DNA of 64,000 bases from an uncultured delta proteobacterium (GCA_963716725.1 CAVQUB010000005.1:734725-798724); one strand, 5' to 3'. Counted from the stretch's first letter, positions 48,680-59,973 are shown. Program-made: numbers and translations. The notes: generated by a model not told the origin, from the letters alone.

Positions 48680-49858
48680 TTGGACCGCCTCCGCAATCGC
48701 ATTCAGCACTACGCCTGGGGATCGCACTCCGCGATCGCGGAGCTCTGCGGTCGTCCCAGCCCGAGCCCCGAGCCCGAGGCCGAGCTGTGGCTCGGCGCGC
48801 ACCCGTCGGCGCCGTCGGAGATCGAACGGGACGGGGTCTGGCGCCCGCTCGACAGCGTGATCGCCGACGACCCGGCGCGCGAGCTCGGCCCGCGATGTGT
48901 CGCGGATCTGGGCTCGCAATTGCCCTTCCTGCTCAAGGTGCTGGCTGCCGCGCGGCCGCTGTCGCTGCAAGCGCACCCGACTCTCGCGCAAGCCGCCGCG
49001 GGGTTCGATCGCGAAGCAGCCCGCGGCATCCCTCTCGACGCTCCGAATCGCTCGTACCGCGATCGCAACCACAAACCGGAGCTGATCTGCGCCCTCAGCC
49101 GCTTCCACGCGCTGTCCGGTTTTCGAAGGGTCGAGCAGAGTCGCGAGCTGTTCAACGAGCTCGGCACGCCGGAGCTCGACTTCGTGCGGGAGGCGCTCGC
49201 CGCGGGCGACGTCGGGCTCGGTCCGCTGTTCCGTGGGATCATGACGCTCGAGCCGGCGCTGCGCGATCGGATGGTGAGGGCTACGCTGTCGGCGTGTAGC
49301 CGCGTGGTGGAGCGCGCTGGCTCGTTCGTGGATGAGTGCCGCTGGGCGCTGCGGTTCGGGCAGCTCTACGCGAATGACGCCGGTGTGGTCAGCGCGCTGC
49401 TCTTGAACCTGGTCGTGCTCCAGCCCGGAGAGGCGATCTACCTGCCCGCGGGCAACCTGCACGCCTATCTCGAAGGCACCGGGGTCGAGATCATGGCCAG
49501 CTCGGACAACGTGCTCCGGGGGGGCCTCACGCCTAAGCACGTCGACGTCGAGGAGCTGTGTTCCGTGCTGCGCTTCGAGAGCGGCGACGTCGAGATCCGT
49601 CGTCCGGCGATGTCAGGGGCGGAAGCTCGCTACGAGACTCCGACCCGCGAGTTTCGCTTGTCGAAGATCCTAGGCGTCGCCGATCTGGCGGCCCGTGGGC
49701 CCGAGATCGTGCTCTGCACCGCGGGCTCGGTCACCGTCGCGGGCGAGGAGGCGACGCTCGAACTGGGCCGCGGGCAGTCCGCCTTCGTGAGCGCCGGCGA
49801 CGGCAGCTACCGCGTGTCGGGGCCGGGCACGCTCTTCCGCGCCGCCCTGGGAGCCTGA
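48680..49858 (+). CDS. manA: Mannose-6-phosphate isomerase, class I
   Basis: [61 protein letters not shown]. Confidence 0.95.
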   Translation: MDRLRNRIQHYAWGSHSAIAELCGRPSPSPEPEAELWLGAHPSAPSEIERDGVWRPLDSVIADDPARELGPRCVADLGSQLPFLLKVLAAARPLSLQAHPTLAQAAAGFDREAARGIPLDAPNRSYRDRNHKPELICALSRFHALSGFRRVEQSRELFNELGTPELDFVREALAAGDVGLGPLFRGIMTLEPALRDRMVRATLSACSRVVERAGSFVDECRWALRFGQLYANDAGVVSALLLNLVVLQPGEAIYLPAGNLHAYLEGTGVEIMASSDNVLRGGLTPKHVDVEELCSVLRFESGDVEIRRPAMSGAEARYETPTREFRLSKILGVADLAARGPEIVLCTAGSVTVAGEEATLELGRGQSAFVSAGDGSYRVSGPGTLFRAALGA

Positions 49859-49882
49859 CCGGTCAACGCGTGAGCGGGCGCC

Positions 49883-50824
49883 TCACTGATAGGTGACGAG
49901 CAGGCGCGGCGGAATGCTGCCCTTGGTGTTCTGGTAATCAGCGCCGTTCGTACTGCTCGTGAATACGCCGAAGCAGGCGGCGGTGTTGGCCGAAACCGTA
50001 TTGTTGGGCAACGTCCACTTGACCGTCGCGTTGGCGGCGACGGCGCCCAGATCGGTGGCGACCTTGGCGACCTTGGCCGGCACCGCCTTGAACAGGTCCG
50101 GGCGCGTGAAGGTGCTCACCGTCCAGACTTCGCCCGAGTGATCGCTCGAGGCCGGCGACGCGCCGACGCGAACGACCAGCTCGATCTTGGTCACGGTCTT
50201 TCCGGCAAAGGCGTTGTCCAAGTCGAAGCGCAAGAACCCAGCCGTGGGTGGTCCGAGTGCGGCGTCGGAAGAGGCGAGCTCGTCGTTCACGAGATCCACG
50301 GTCCACAGACCCGGGTTGGGCGCCTCGCAGACGTCGGGATTTGGATCGGTCGTGTCGACGCAGTCGGCCACCTTCGCGAGGTACGTGACTGTGATTGGAT
50401 TTGTGCCTCCGGTCCCGCCGCCTCCGGTCGCCCCGGTGCCGCCGGTGCCGCCGCCACCGCTGGGGGTGCCGCCGGTGTTGCCGGTGCCGCCGCCGCCGCT
50501 GGGGGCGCCGCCGGTGTTGCCGGTGCCGCCGCCGCCGCTGGGAGTGCCGCCGGTGCCGCCGCTGCCGCCGCTGCCGCCGCTGCCGCTAGCGCCACCGCTC
50601 GTCGTACCGCCACTGCCGCTGGCGCCACCGCTCGTCGTACCGCCACTGCCGCTGGCGCCACCGCTCGTCGTACCGCCACTGCCGGCCGCCCCGCCGGCCG
50701 CCCCGCCGGTGCCCGTGCCGCCGCCGGTTCCCAGCCGAGGATCGTATCGGTCCCAGTCGTTGGAGCAGGCTGCCGCCAGCGCGATCGCCCCGAGAATGCA
50801 ATAGCCGGTCCGCGCCCGTTTCAT
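49883..50824 (-). CDS. Lipoprotein with Gly/Thr tandem-repeat linker and DNRLRE/CBM96-like C-terminal domain
   Basis: LAAAC lipobox, GGTTSGGASGS and PSGGGGTGNTGG repeats, FLRFDL, P.L.VTY. Confidence 0.65.
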   Translation of the reverse strand: MKRARTGYCILGAIALAAACSNDWDRYDPRLGTGGGTGTGGAAGGAAGSGGTTSGGASGSGGTTSGGASGSGGTTSGGASGSGGSGGSGGTGGTPSGGGGTGNTGGAPSGGGGTGNTGGTPSGGGGTGGTGATGGGGTGGTNPITVTYLAKVADCVDTTDPNPDVCEAPNPGLWTVDLVNDELASSDAALGPPTAGFLRFDLDNAFAGKTVTKIELVVRVGASPASSDHSGEVWTVSTFTRPDLFKAVPAKVAKVATDLGAVAANATVKWTLPNNTVSANTAACFGVFTSSTNGADYQNTKGSIPPRLLVTYQ

Positions 50825-50866
50825 CGGCGGTCGTAGTCTAGCATTTCCCGGCGGTGAGCCGCCCGA

Positions 50867-52294
50867 GTGGGCAAATCGCGGGGCGGTCGGCTACGATCCG
50901 TCCCGATGGCGGGTCGGTACGAAGTTGTACGTCCTCTTGCCCAGGGAGGCATGGCGACGGTGTATCTCGCCAAGGTCCTCGGCGAAGGCGGCTTCGAACG
51001 ACTGGTGGCGCTCAAGGTGATGCACCCGCACATCGCCAACGAGCCCGACTTCGTCTCGATGTTCCTCGACGAGGCGCGGCTCGCAGCGCGCATCCGCCAC
51101 CCCAACGTGGTTTCCACCCTCGCCGTCGAACGCAACGAAGAAGGCTTGTGCTTGGTGATGGAGTACATCGAGGGCCACGCGCTCAACGCCATCTTGCGCA
51201 CGGCCCTCACTGCCAAGAAGAGCCTCTCGATCCCCGTCGTCCTGCGCATCCTGGTCGACTTGCTCGAGGGGCTCCACGCCGCGCACGAGCTCGACGGCGA
51301 TGACGGACACTCCCTCGAGTTGGTTCACCGCGACGTTTCGCCACAGAACGTGCTCGTGGGCGCGGACGGCGTCTCTCGCATCACCGACTTTGGGGTCGCG
51401 CAGGCCAAAGCTCGCTTGACGACCACCCAGGGCTCCGGGCTGAAGGGCAAGGTCGCCTACGTGTCGCCCGAGCAAGTGATGCTCACCGGCAAGATCGATC
51501 GACGGGCCGACGTATTTGCGGCGGGGATCGTGCTCTGGGAGGCGTTGACCGGGCGCCGCTTGTTCCGGGGCGAGTCCGAGGGTCAGACTATCGCGCAGAT
51601 CATGGCGGGAGTGCAGCGTACGCCGCGCGACGTGCGCGCCGACGTGCCCCCGGCCATCTCCGAGGTCTGCATGAAGGCGCTCTCGAACGGGCGCGAGGAT
51701 CGCTACCAGACCGCCGTCGAGTTCGCTGATGCGATTGAAGCCGCTGCCATGGAAGCGGGCGTCACGCTGGCGAAACCGCGGGAGGTTGCCACTGAGATCC
51801 TGACCTTCGACATCGCGGCGCCGGCCATCGACGCGGGCATGTTGCGCGCGGATCCTACCAGGGGCGGGTCCTCCTCCGGCGTCTCTCGCGATCGGGCGAC
51901 GGACGCTGAGAGTGCGCTGGTGGCTTCGACTGCCGCCGTGCCGCGCGCGCGGGCGGGTCGCTGGTTCTTGATCGCAGGCCTGGCCGCTGTCGGCATCGGT
52001 GGGCTCGCCTTCGCCGTCGGCACGCGATCGCGGGGAGGGGCGCCCGTCGCGGCTGTTCCGCCGTCGCCGGTCATCACCTCTTCGACCGCGCACGCGGAGT
52101 CGATGCTCAGCGCGGCGCCGGAGGACCCCGTTCCGGGGCCGATACCCAGCGTGAACGCCGCCCCCGCGCCTTCCGCGCCGCCGAGCGCCGCGGTCGCCGC
52201 GTCGGCACCCGCAAAAGCCGTGACAAAAGAGCCTGCGACGACCCCACGCCCGACACGGCCCACGGCTCCAGGCTACCGTCCCGAAGGGCTCTGA
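50867..52294 (+). CDS. Hanks-type Ser/Thr protein kinase with TM segment
   Basis: GGMATVY, VALK, HRDVSPQN, DFGVA, YVSPEQ, DVFAAG; TM and Pro-rich tail. Confidence 0.95.
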   Translation: MGKSRGGRLRSVPMAGRYEVVRPLAQGGMATVYLAKVLGEGGFERLVALKVMHPHIANEPDFVSMFLDEARLAARIRHPNVVSTLAVERNEEGLCLVMEYIEGHALNAILRTALTAKKSLSIPVVLRILVDLLEGLHAAHELDGDDGHSLELVHRDVSPQNVLVGADGVSRITDFGVAQAKARLTTTQGSGLKGKVAYVSPEQVMLTGKIDRRADVFAAGIVLWEALTGRRLFRGESEGQTIAQIMAGVQRTPRDVRADVPPAISEVCMKALSNGREDRYQTAVEFADAIEAAAMEAGVTLAKPREVATEILTFDIAAPAIDAGMLRADPTRGGSSSGVSRDRATDAESALVASTAAVPRARAGRWFLIAGLAAVGIGGLAFAVGTRSRGGAPVAAVPPSPVITSSTAHAESMLSAAPEDPVPGPIPSVNAAPAPSAPPSAAVAASAPAKAVTKEPATTPRPTRPTAPGYRPEGL

Positions 52295-53286
52295 TGCGTC
52301 TCATCTCGTTTCTCTTCCTCTTGTTCGCGCTCTTGTTCGCGTCGACGCCCTGCTTCGCGGCGCCAAGTCCCGAGGAAACCAAGGCGGCGCTCGAGAAGTT
52401 CAAGCAAGCGCAGAAGAGCTTCGACGCCAAAGACTACGCCACCGCCCTCGAGCTCGCGCGTGCGGCGCTCGAGATCACGGGCAGTCCGAACGCGCGTCTT
52501 TACGTGGGTCGGGCGCTCCGCGAGCTCGGACAGCTCGCCGAGGCACACGCCGAGCTGGAGCGCACGCTGCGAGACTCGCGCGAGGCAGCCAACAAGGATC
52601 CCAAGTACGGGCCCACCCGCGACTCGGCGGCGGCGGAGATCGCGCTCCTCGATCAGCGAGTCGGCAAGGTCATCGTCGCGGTGGTGGATCCTCCGCCGGG
52701 GGTGAAGGTCGAGCTGAACGGCAAGGCACTCGACACGACCCAAGTGGGGCAGCCCGTGGCGGTGGCGCCCGGCGACGTGCTGGCCCGCGCGCACGGCGAT
52801 GGCGCAGCGGCGGTAGAGAAGCTGATTCAGATCGCGGCGGGAGCGACCCAGACCATCACACTCGTCTTCCGTACAGCCGCCGCGGTCGCGCCGGCAGTGG
52901 CCACTCCTACCAAGCCCGCGGCGGACGCCGACGCTCCGCCGAAGAAGAGCGGCGGCACGCTCCGCACCGCGGGCTACGTGGTGGCTGGCGTGGGCGTCGT
53001 CGGCATTGCCGTATTTGCCATCACCGGCTCGATGGCAAACTCGAAGTACGGGGAGCTCGAGGACGGATGCGGCAGCACTCGCTGCTCGGATCCGAAGTAC
53101 GCCGACACCGTGGACAGCGGTAAGCGTCTCCAGACCATCGCGAACGTCAGTTTGATCGCAGGCGGCGTCGGGCTGCTCGCGGGCGGCGCGCTGATCGTCT
53201 TCGGTGGGCCAAAGGAGCGCGCGTCGAGCGCGGCGATTCGGGCGGCGCCGGGCGGATTGTCGCTGGAGTACGCGGGTCGGTTCTGA
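52294..53286 (+). CDS. TPR + PEGA-like domain exported protein
   Basis: Signal peptide, TPR-like helices, V.LNG....V..G PEGA-like segment, C-terminal hydrophobic segments ending Y.GRF; coupled to the kinase. Confidence 0.75.
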   Translation: MRLISFLFLLFALLFASTPCFAAPSPEETKAALEKFKQAQKSFDAKDYATALELARAALEITGSPNARLYVGRALRELGQLAEAHAELERTLRDSREAANKDPKYGPTRDSAAAEIALLDQRVGKVIVAVVDPPPGVKVELNGKALDTTQVGQPVAVAPGDVLARAHGDGAAAVEKLIQIAAGATQTITLVFRTAAAVAPAVATPTKPAADADAPPKKSGGTLRTAGYVVAGVGVVGIAVFAITGSMANSKYGELEDGCGSTRCSDPKYADTVDSGKRLQTIANVSLIAGGVGLLAGGALIVFGGPKERASSAAIRAAPGGLSLEYAGRF

Positions 53287-53307
53287 TTCGACCGCCGCGC
53301 GGGTCCC

Positions 53308-55272
53308 TCAGGATCGACGTCGGCGCGCGAACACCAGCGCCGCCGCCAGTAGCCAGCCCAGCGCGCTCTGCCTCGCGGGCGTCGTGCGACAGCCGCAGCC
53401 GCCGTCGTCCGAGCCCGAGTCACCGCCGGACTTCCCAGCGCCGCCGCCCGACGCGCCGCCGGTGCTCGTTCCGCCCCCGCCCGCATTCGTGCCGCCTGCA
53501 GCGGATCCGGCGCTGCCCGCCGAACCGCCACCCGCGCCGCTGCCGCCACCCGCGCCGCTGCTGCCACCCGCGCCGCCGCTGCCACCCGCGCCGCCGCTGC
53601 CACCCGTGCGCGGCCCATAGCTCGGCGCCTGCGCACCGAGCTCGTACGCACCGAGATCTGGCGCCGTGCCCGCGAAGCCGTCGTTCACGTTGGCCAGCTT
53701 CTGGCCTTTGTCCACCGCCGCCGATGCGCTCTTCAGTGACAAATCCGGTGACGCCACGCCTGGAAACGGATTCTGGGGGAAGGTGACGCTGGTGGCGAAG
53801 ACGCTGAGATCGACCTGCACCGCGTTCTTCTCCGTCGTCTTGCTCTTGAGCTCGGTCAGGCTGCTGAAGCTCTGCCCGCCCACGCTGCCGGTGAACTTGT
53901 TGGTGCCGATGGAGCCCAGCCCGTCGTAGTCGAAGCTACAGCTCGCCACCGCGGCCGCGAGGCTGAGCACGTCGCCGTCCCCGTTGCCGTAGCCGCCGTA
54001 GGTCCCGCCGCCCGCGCCGCCGATGAACAAGTTGTTGCGGAACCAAGCGCGGGACCAGCTGTCGCTGGCGTAGACCGCGAAGGCGTCTCCGCATTTGACC
54101 ACGGTGTTATGAAAGGCGACGTCGCCGATGCTGCCGCGGTGTAGCTTGAAGGGCGAGTAGATCACGTTGAACATCACGTTGCGGATGAAGTACGCCGGTC
54201 CGCCGAGGCTGGGCTGGGAGCTCATGCCCACGAAGCTGTTCACGACGCGGTTTTCGTACACGCGCGTATTGCCCATGGAGAAATCGGCCTCGATCGCGTC
54301 ATCGGCGCAGACGTCGAGGTCGTTGCCGTAGATGTCGATGGAGGTCTGATTGATGGCCTCGCCGTCCTCGAGGGTGCTCAAGCAGTCGCGAAAGCCCTTC
54401 ACACGGTTGTGGCAGATCACGTTTCCGGGGCCCGTCATCGCGATGCCTTCGCCGAGGTTGGCGCCGCTGGCGCCGACGGCTGCCGTGGTCCAGGCCGTGG
54501 AGCCCATCACCAGATTGTCGCAGAAGTAGCCGTTGGTGGAGCCTGGTCCGTAGGCAATGATGCCGTCGTCTTTGGTGTTCACCGTGCAGCCCTTGACGGC
54601 CACGCCCTCCGCGTTGTTGAGCTTGATCTTCCCGTTGACGGTGAGCCCTTCGACGTAGACGTATTTGCGACCGTCGAGGCGCACGTCCCCGCCGACGATG
54701 GCTTTGCCGGGGTTGGCCGCGCGGATCACGATGGGCGCGGCTTCGGTGCCGTCGACCTGAACGGTAAAGGTCGCGTAGTTGCCGTCGGCCAGCAGGAGCA
54801 GATCTCCCGGCTTGGCGCTACTGGCGTCGGATGCGAAGCTCGAGGGGGTGACGTTCTTGGAGTTGGCGCTCGCGGCTGCGACCGGCATCTTGCGCGTAGT
54901 CACGCTCAGGGTCTTGGTCGCCCCACCACCGTCCGGATCGCTGAGCGTCAGCTCGATCTCGTAGCTGGTGCCGGGCGTGAGCCCGAACACGCTGCCCGCG
55001 TGGCGGTTTGTCCACGAGAAGCCCTGGTTCGAACCAGCCGGCACGCGCACGAGCGGCAAGGCGTCGAGCCAGGTCGTGCTGCCCGTCTTGCGGTAGCGGA
55101 CCTTCACCACTCCGTCATTGTCCGAATCGCCGCTGACCGCCCACTCGAGGGAGATGTTCTCCAGGGTCGGATACGGGGCCTTGGCCTCGCCGGCGGTGGT
55201 GGCGGTCTGCCCGAGCGCGGACCGCGAGACGAGCAAACCGAGAAGCGCGCACGCGCTGACCCCGAATCTCAT
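53308..55272 (-). CDS. Secreted FN3 + right-handed beta-helix protein with MYXO-CTERM
   Basis: GSVFGLTPGTSYEIEL, DDAIE.D, APDLGAYE, Gly linker, GGCGCR, TM, RRRRS. Confidence 0.82.
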   Translation of the reverse strand: MRFGVSACALLGLLVSRSALGQTATTAGEAKAPYPTLENISLEWAVSGDSDNDGVVKVRYRKTGSTTWLDALPLVRVPAGSNQGFSWTNRHAGSVFGLTPGTSYEIELTLSDPDGGGATKTLSVTTRKMPVAAASANSKNVTPSSFASDASSAKPGDLLLLADGNYATFTVQVDGTEAAPIVIRAANPGKAIVGGDVRLDGRKYVYVEGLTVNGKIKLNNAEGVAVKGCTVNTKDDGIIAYGPGSTNGYFCDNLVMGSTAWTTAAVGASGANLGEGIAMTGPGNVICHNRVKGFRDCLSTLEDGEAINQTSIDIYGNDLDVCADDAIEADFSMGNTRVYENRVVNSFVGMSSQPSLGGPAYFIRNVMFNVIYSPFKLHRGSIGDVAFHNTVVKCGDAFAVYASDSWSRAWFRNNLFIGGAGGGTYGGYGNGDGDVLSLAAAVASCSFDYDGLGSIGTNKFTGSVGGQSFSSLTELKSKTTEKNAVQVDLSVFATSVTFPQNPFPGVASPDLSLKSASAAVDKGQKLANVNDGFAGTAPDLGAYELGAQAPSYGPRTGGSGGAGGSGGAGGSSGAGGGSGAGGGSAGSAGSAAGGTNAGGGGTSTGGASGGGAGKSGGDSGSDDGGCGCRTTPARQSALGWLLAAALVFARRRRS

Positions 55273-55378
55273 GGGTCGATCCTACTCTCTCTCGAAGCCC
55301 GAGGTGACGGGGCGGGCACCTCGGGAGCCAACGCGCCGCCGGAAATCCAGGAAATCTGGCGGTGAGCGCTTCCTTGTT

Positions 55379-55397
55379 GAAAGTGACTTTCATTTGC
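55379..55397. promoter_or_regulatory. Fur-box candidate upstream of the iron-uptake-like operon
   Basis: Reverse complement GCAAATGAAAGTCACTTTC matches 13/19 of the Fur consensus; contains the palindrome TGAAAGT-G-ACTTTCA; AT-rich island. Confidence 0.6.
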
Positions 55398-55412
55398 ATT
55401 ATGAGCGGACCC

Positions 55413-56573
55413 ATGAATTTCACGCGGGCGCTGTTGGTCCCCTGTGTCCTGGCGATGGTCATCGGCTGCGGCGACGACGACGCCGCCGGTGACAACCCGG
55501 GCGGGGGCGGCTCCGGCGCAGTCGGTGGCGCCGGCGGGTCCTCGACCTGCACGGCGAAGATCCCGGACACCTATCCCGCAGCCGACTGGGACGCGAACAC
55601 CGCCGTCGAGGCCGACGTCATCATCCGATTCAAGGCGTTCCAGCAGCCGATGAAGGATGCAGAGCTCTCTGCCGCGGTGAAGCCGACCGCTTCGGCGCTG
55701 ACGGGCTTGTTCGACGCAGGCTCGCCCAGCCTGCGCAGCATCACCACTCCTTACTACGCCTCCAAGATCGACGGGCTGATCGCCGAGTTCGAGAAGGCCG
55801 CGGGCAACGCCTGGAAGCCCGCCGAACCGCCGCCGGTGAGCGGGGGCATCTATTCGAAGAACATCTTCGACGCACGCGGTCGGGATCTGCGCCAGGCGAT
55901 CGAGAAGGGCATGTTCGCTGCCACCACCTTCAACACCGCGGTCGCGCTCGTGGCATCGAACCCGGACGCGAAGGCCGTGGACCGCATGCTCGCGCTCTAC
56001 GGCGCACACCCGTCCTTCCCTCATGACGACAAGGATCCGAACCACCCCGATCAATTCACGGCGCAGTACGCCAAGCGCCGGGACGACAAGACGAGCGCGA
56101 ACCCCGGCCTCTATCGCAAGCTGAAGCTGTCGTTCATTGCCGCGCGCACCACCGCCGCCGCGGGCGCCGACTGCGCCGCCGATTGCGACGCCGCGGTGAA
56201 GGCCATCAAGACCGACTGGGAGCGGACCCTGATGTCGACGGTGGTGTTCTACGCCAACGACGCCGCCAAGAAGCTGACCGTCGATCCGCCCACGGACGAC
56301 GACGTGGCGGCAGGCCTGCACAGCCTGGGGGAAATGGTGGCTTTCGTGCACGGATATCGTCAAATCGACTCGGCAGAGCGCACGCTCACCGACCAGGACA
56401 TCGACGACCTGCTTGCGCTGCTCGGTGCGCCCGCGACCGGCGACGCGACCAGTTACAAGTACGCGACGGAGACCGCGACCGAGGTCGGCAAGCTTCCCCA
56501 GGTGAGCGCGAAGCTCAAGGCGATCTACGGGTTTACCGATGTCGAGATGGAACAGTTCAAGGTCGCGTACTGA
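55413..56573 (+). CDS. Lipoprotein, DUF4856-like
   Basis: VIGC lipobox, Q.IEKG, H.L.E...F..G motif; context next to imelysin. Confidence 0.55.
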   Translation: MNFTRALLVPCVLAMVIGCGDDDAAGDNPGGGGSGAVGGAGGSSTCTAKIPDTYPAADWDANTAVEADVIIRFKAFQQPMKDAELSAAVKPTASALTGLFDAGSPSLRSITTPYYASKIDGLIAEFEKAAGNAWKPAEPPPVSGGIYSKNIFDARGRDLRQAIEKGMFAATTFNTAVALVASNPDAKAVDRMLALYGAHPSFPHDDKDPNHPDQFTAQYAKRRDDKTSANPGLYRKLKLSFIAARTTAAAGADCAADCDAAVKAIKTDWERTLMSTVVFYANDAAKKLTVDPPTDDDVAAGLHSLGEMVAFVHGYRQIDSAERTLTDQDIDDLLALLGAPATGDATSYKYATETATEVGKLPQVSAKLKAIYGFTDVEMEQFKVAY

Positions 56574-57760
56574 GCGGAACGCGGCCCTCGCCTGCGTGAT
56601 CCTCGGCCTCGCGCTTGTTGGCTCGTGCCAGAAGCGGCAGGACGATCCTCGCAAGAAGGTCTCGCCGTCGGCTGCGCGCGCCGAGGTGCTCGCGGCGGTG
56701 TCGCAGTGCATGCTCTCGACCTACCAGGCCGGACACGCCGCGGTCCTGAGCTTGCGCGACGCTGCCCAGGCGGCCAAGGCCGATCCGACAGCCGAGAAGC
56801 GCGCCGCTGCCGAGACGGCCTGGTCGTCGGCCATGGAAATCTGGCAGCAGGCCGAGGTGATGCAGATCGGTCCGGCGGCCAGCGTCGCGCTGCCGGGGGG
56901 CAAGAACCTGCGCGATGAGATCTACTCGTGGCCCCTCACCGGGCGTTGCCTGGTGGAGCAGCAGCTCGTGAGCAAGAGCTACGAGGCGAGCACGTTCTCC
57001 ACGGCGCTGGTCAACCTGCGTGGCCTCGACGCCGCCGAGTATTTGCTGTTTTACAAAGCGGACGACAACGCGTGCGCCGCGAACGCGACCATCAACTCCG
57101 GCGGCACCTGGGCCGCGCTCGGCGCCGCCGAGATCACCGCACGAAAGGCGGCCTACGCCGCGGTCGTGGCGGACGACATCGTCGTGAGCGCGACCAAGCT
57201 GCTCGATGCTTGGGAACCGGCCAAGGGGAATTTCGTCGCCCAGCTGGAGACCGCCGGGCGCGGCAGCGCGACCTGGTCGACGGATCTTCTCGGCGGTGAA
57301 CGCGGTGAGCGACGCGCTCTTCTACATCGAGAAGCAGGTGAAGGACATGAAGCTCGGGCGGCCCCTCGGCCTGCTCGAATGCGCCAGCGCCACCTGCCCC
57401 GAAGCCCTGGAGTCGCGCTACGCGCACCGCTCGAAGCAACACATCCGGAACAACTTGGTGGGCTTCAGCAAGCTCTTTGGCGGTTGCGATGCGGCGGGTG
57501 AGGGAAAGGGGCTCGAGGACTTGCTGATCGCCAGCGGGGCGTCGGATCTGGCCCAGCGCGTCGCCAATGCGCTGTCCGGCGCCATTGCTGCCGCCGAGGC
57601 CATCGAAGAGAACGATCTCGAGGAGTCGCTGGCGAAGGACTACGCGTCGGTCAAAGCGCTGCACGAGGCCATCAAGGTGCTGACCAATCTCCTGAAGAAC
57701 GAGCTGGTGATCGTGCTTGGCGTCGAGTTGCCGAAGACCGTCGAAGGCGACAATGACTAG
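56539..57760 (+). CDS. Imelysin-family (peptidase M75-like) lipoprotein; +1 frameshift near 57288
   Basis: W..A...WQ..E..Q.GP, IY.WP, RGL.A.EYLL; second frame KD.KL..PLG...ES.Y...S, terminal EGDND. Confidence 0.8.
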
Positions 57761-59963
57761 ACTCGCCGTGGCGCTGTTCCTGGTCGCTCAGGTTGCCGGT
57801 GCCGAAGAGGCGCCTGTCCCGGAGGCGCCGCCACCTGTGCCCGAGGCGCCCCCGCCTACGCCGGAGCCCGAGAGCGCCGTCACCGTGGTGGGGTCGCGAC
57901 TCTCGCGCCTGCCCGGATCGGTGCACGTCATCGGCGCCAAGCAGCTCGAGCGTCGCGAGCTCGACGACCCCCACGCGGTCCTGCTCAGCGTGCCCGGAGT
58001 CTCGGTCCGCGGCGAGGACGGGGTCGGCTTGCGGCCGAACATCGGTCTGCGCGGCGTGGCGACCGACCGCAGCAAGAAGATCACGCTGATGGAGGACGGC
58101 GTCTTGCTCGCGCCCGCGCCCTACAGCGCCCCGGCCGCGTACTACGTGCCGCTGGTCACGCGCATGAACGGCATGAGGGTGATCAAGGGTCCGGCCGCCA
58201 TCGCCTACGGTCCGCACACCGTCGGCGGCGCGGTGGATTTCATCACCCGCGAGCCGCCGGGCTCCGCGTCGGGCCGCGTCGACGTCGCCGGAGGCGAGTA
58301 CCGATACCGCAAGCTGCACGCCTACTATGGGTCGAGCGACGAGAAGAGCGCGTTTCTGATCGAAGGCGTGCACCTCGGCTCCAATGGCTTCAAGACGCTG
58401 GACGGCGACGCGGGCGCGAACACCGGGTTCATTCGTAACGAGTGGATGGGCAAAGCGAGCTTCGTGCCCGATCCCTCCTCGAGCGAGCGCCACGAGCTGA
58501 AGCTGAAGCTGGGCTATTCGGACGAGGACTCGAACGAGACCTACCTCGGGCTCACCGACGCCGACTTCGAGGCCGAGCCGCTGCGTCGATACCAAGCATC
58601 GACCCTCGATCGCATGCGCTGGCACCGGACCCAGATCGTCGTGACTCACGAGTGGGCGCCAGCGCCCGAGGTGGCGGTCACCACTTCCATCTACCGGCAC
58701 GACCTGGATCGGAGCTGGCGCAAGCTGAACGGCTTTCGCGGCGCCGATCTGTCCAGCGTGATCGCGGATCCGAACAGCGCCCAGAACGCCGTGTTTTACT
58801 CGGTGCTGCGGGGCGCATCGGACACGGCGAGCGATGCCGAGCTCCTGCTCATCGGCCCCAACCGGCGCACCTTCGTCTCGCAGGGTATTCAAACGAGGAT
58901 CCGCTACACGCCGAAGACCCAGCACCTGCACCACGCGGTGGAGTATGGGCTTCGGTACCACCAGGACAGCGTCCAGCGGCACCACTCCCAAGATGCCTTT
59001 CGCGTATTGGGTGGCGCCCTCGAAAACGCGGGCCTGCCCACCGAGATCACCGCTGACAACAGCGCGAGCACCCACGCCGTGGCGTTTCACGCCGCCGACG
59101 CCCTGGGCTTCGGCGCATTCACCGTGACGCCTGGCTTTCGCGCGGAGCTGATCCGAAGCGAGACCGAGGACGAGCTCACCGGCGCCCGCGGTGGCAGCTC
59201 GTACCCGGTGATCTTGCCCGGCCTGGCCGGGAGCTGGGAGTTCATGCCGAATGCACTGCTGCTCGGCGGCGTGCACCGCGGTTTCAGCCCGGCAGAGCCC
59301 GGGCAGCCCGACTCGACGGAGCCGGAGCTCAGCGTCAACTACGAGGCCGGAGCGCGCTACGCAGGTCGCCGTTTGCGCGCCGATTTGATCGGCTTCTACA
59401 ACGACTACTCGAACCTGACGGACATCTGCACCTTCTCGAGCGGCTGCCTGGGTCAGAATCTCGATCGCCAATTCGACGCCGGCACGGCCCGCGTGTTCGG
59501 TCTCGAGGCGTCCTTCGATCACGAGCTGCGCATCGACCGCGAGCTGTACCTGCCGCTATCTCTCGCCTACACCTTCAGCCGCGGCGAGTTCTTGAGCTTC
59601 TTCGACTCCCCGGATCCGCAGTTCGGACAGGTGAGCGCCGGGGATCCGATCCCTTACCTGCCGGAGCATCAGGGCTCGGCCACGGCGGGCCTCGGCGGCA
59701 AGCGCTGGGAAGCCACCGCCACGGGCACCTTCGTCGGCTCGATGCACGAGCAGGCCGGAGCGGGCGGGCCCCTGGCCGGAAAGAAGACCGACGCGCAGCT
59801 CACGCTGGATCTGGCGGCGCACCTCCAGCTGACGAGCTGGCTCGATCTGTACGGCGTCGCCAAGAACGTCTTGAACCAACAGCACCTCGCCTCACGTCGT
59901 CCCTTCGGCGCGCGGCCCGGAGCCCCGCGCTGGATCCAAGCGGGGGCGAGAGCATCGTTCTGA
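57753..59963 (+). CDS. TonB-dependent receptor, FecA-like
   Basis: EDG.GLRPNIG.RG...RS.KITLMEDG, APY.AP..YY.P, KGP....GP.TVGG, terminal F. Confidence 0.92.
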   Translation: MTRLAVALFLVAQVAGAEEAPVPEAPPPVPEAPPPTPEPESAVTVVGSRLSRLPGSVHVIGAKQLERRELDDPHAVLLSVPGVSVRGEDGVGLRPNIGLRGVATDRSKKITLMEDGVLLAPAPYSAPAAYYVPLVTRMNGMRVIKGPAAIAYGPHTVGGAVDFITREPPGSASGRVDVAGGEYRYRKLHAYYGSSDEKSAFLIEGVHLGSNGFKTLDGDAGANTGFIRNEWMGKASFVPDPSSSERHELKLKLGYSDEDSNETYLGLTDADFEAEPLRRYQASTLDRMRWHRTQIVVTHEWAPAPEVAVTTSIYRHDLDRSWRKLNGFRGADLSSVIADPNSAQNAVFYSVLRGASDTASDAELLLIGPNRRTFVSQGIQTRIRYTPKTQHLHHAVEYGLRYHQDSVQRHHSQDAFRVLGGALENAGLPTEITADNSASTHAVAFHAADALGFGAFTVTPGFRAELIRSETEDELTGARGGSSYPVILPGLAGSWEFMPNALLLGGVHRGFSPAEPGQPDSTEPELSVNYEAGARYAGRRLRADLIGFYNDYSNLTDICTFSSGCLGQNLDRQFDAGTARVFGLEASFDHELRIDRELYLPLSLAYTFSRGEFLSFFDSPDPQFGQVSAGDPIPYLPEHQGSATAGLGGKRWEATATGTFVGSMHEQAGAGGPLAGKKTDAQLTLDLAAHLQLTSWLDLYGVAKNVLNQQHLASRRPFGARPGAPRWIQAGARASF

Positions 59964-59973
59964 GAGGATTCGA

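Noticed and set aside
47140..49540. Long antisense ORFs (47140-49299, 47885-49540, also 57672-59522, 55269-56711 and similar)
   Set aside because: Shadow frames of real genes, expected at this GC content, with no motifs.
50440..50730. GC-rich tandem repeats (also 53440-53600)
   Set aside because: They encode Gly/Ser/Thr linkers inside secreted proteins.
49883..53286. Kinase + TPR/PEGA + Gly-rich lipoprotein as a novel system
   Set aside because: This arrangement is common in myxobacterial genomes and nothing here distinguishes it.
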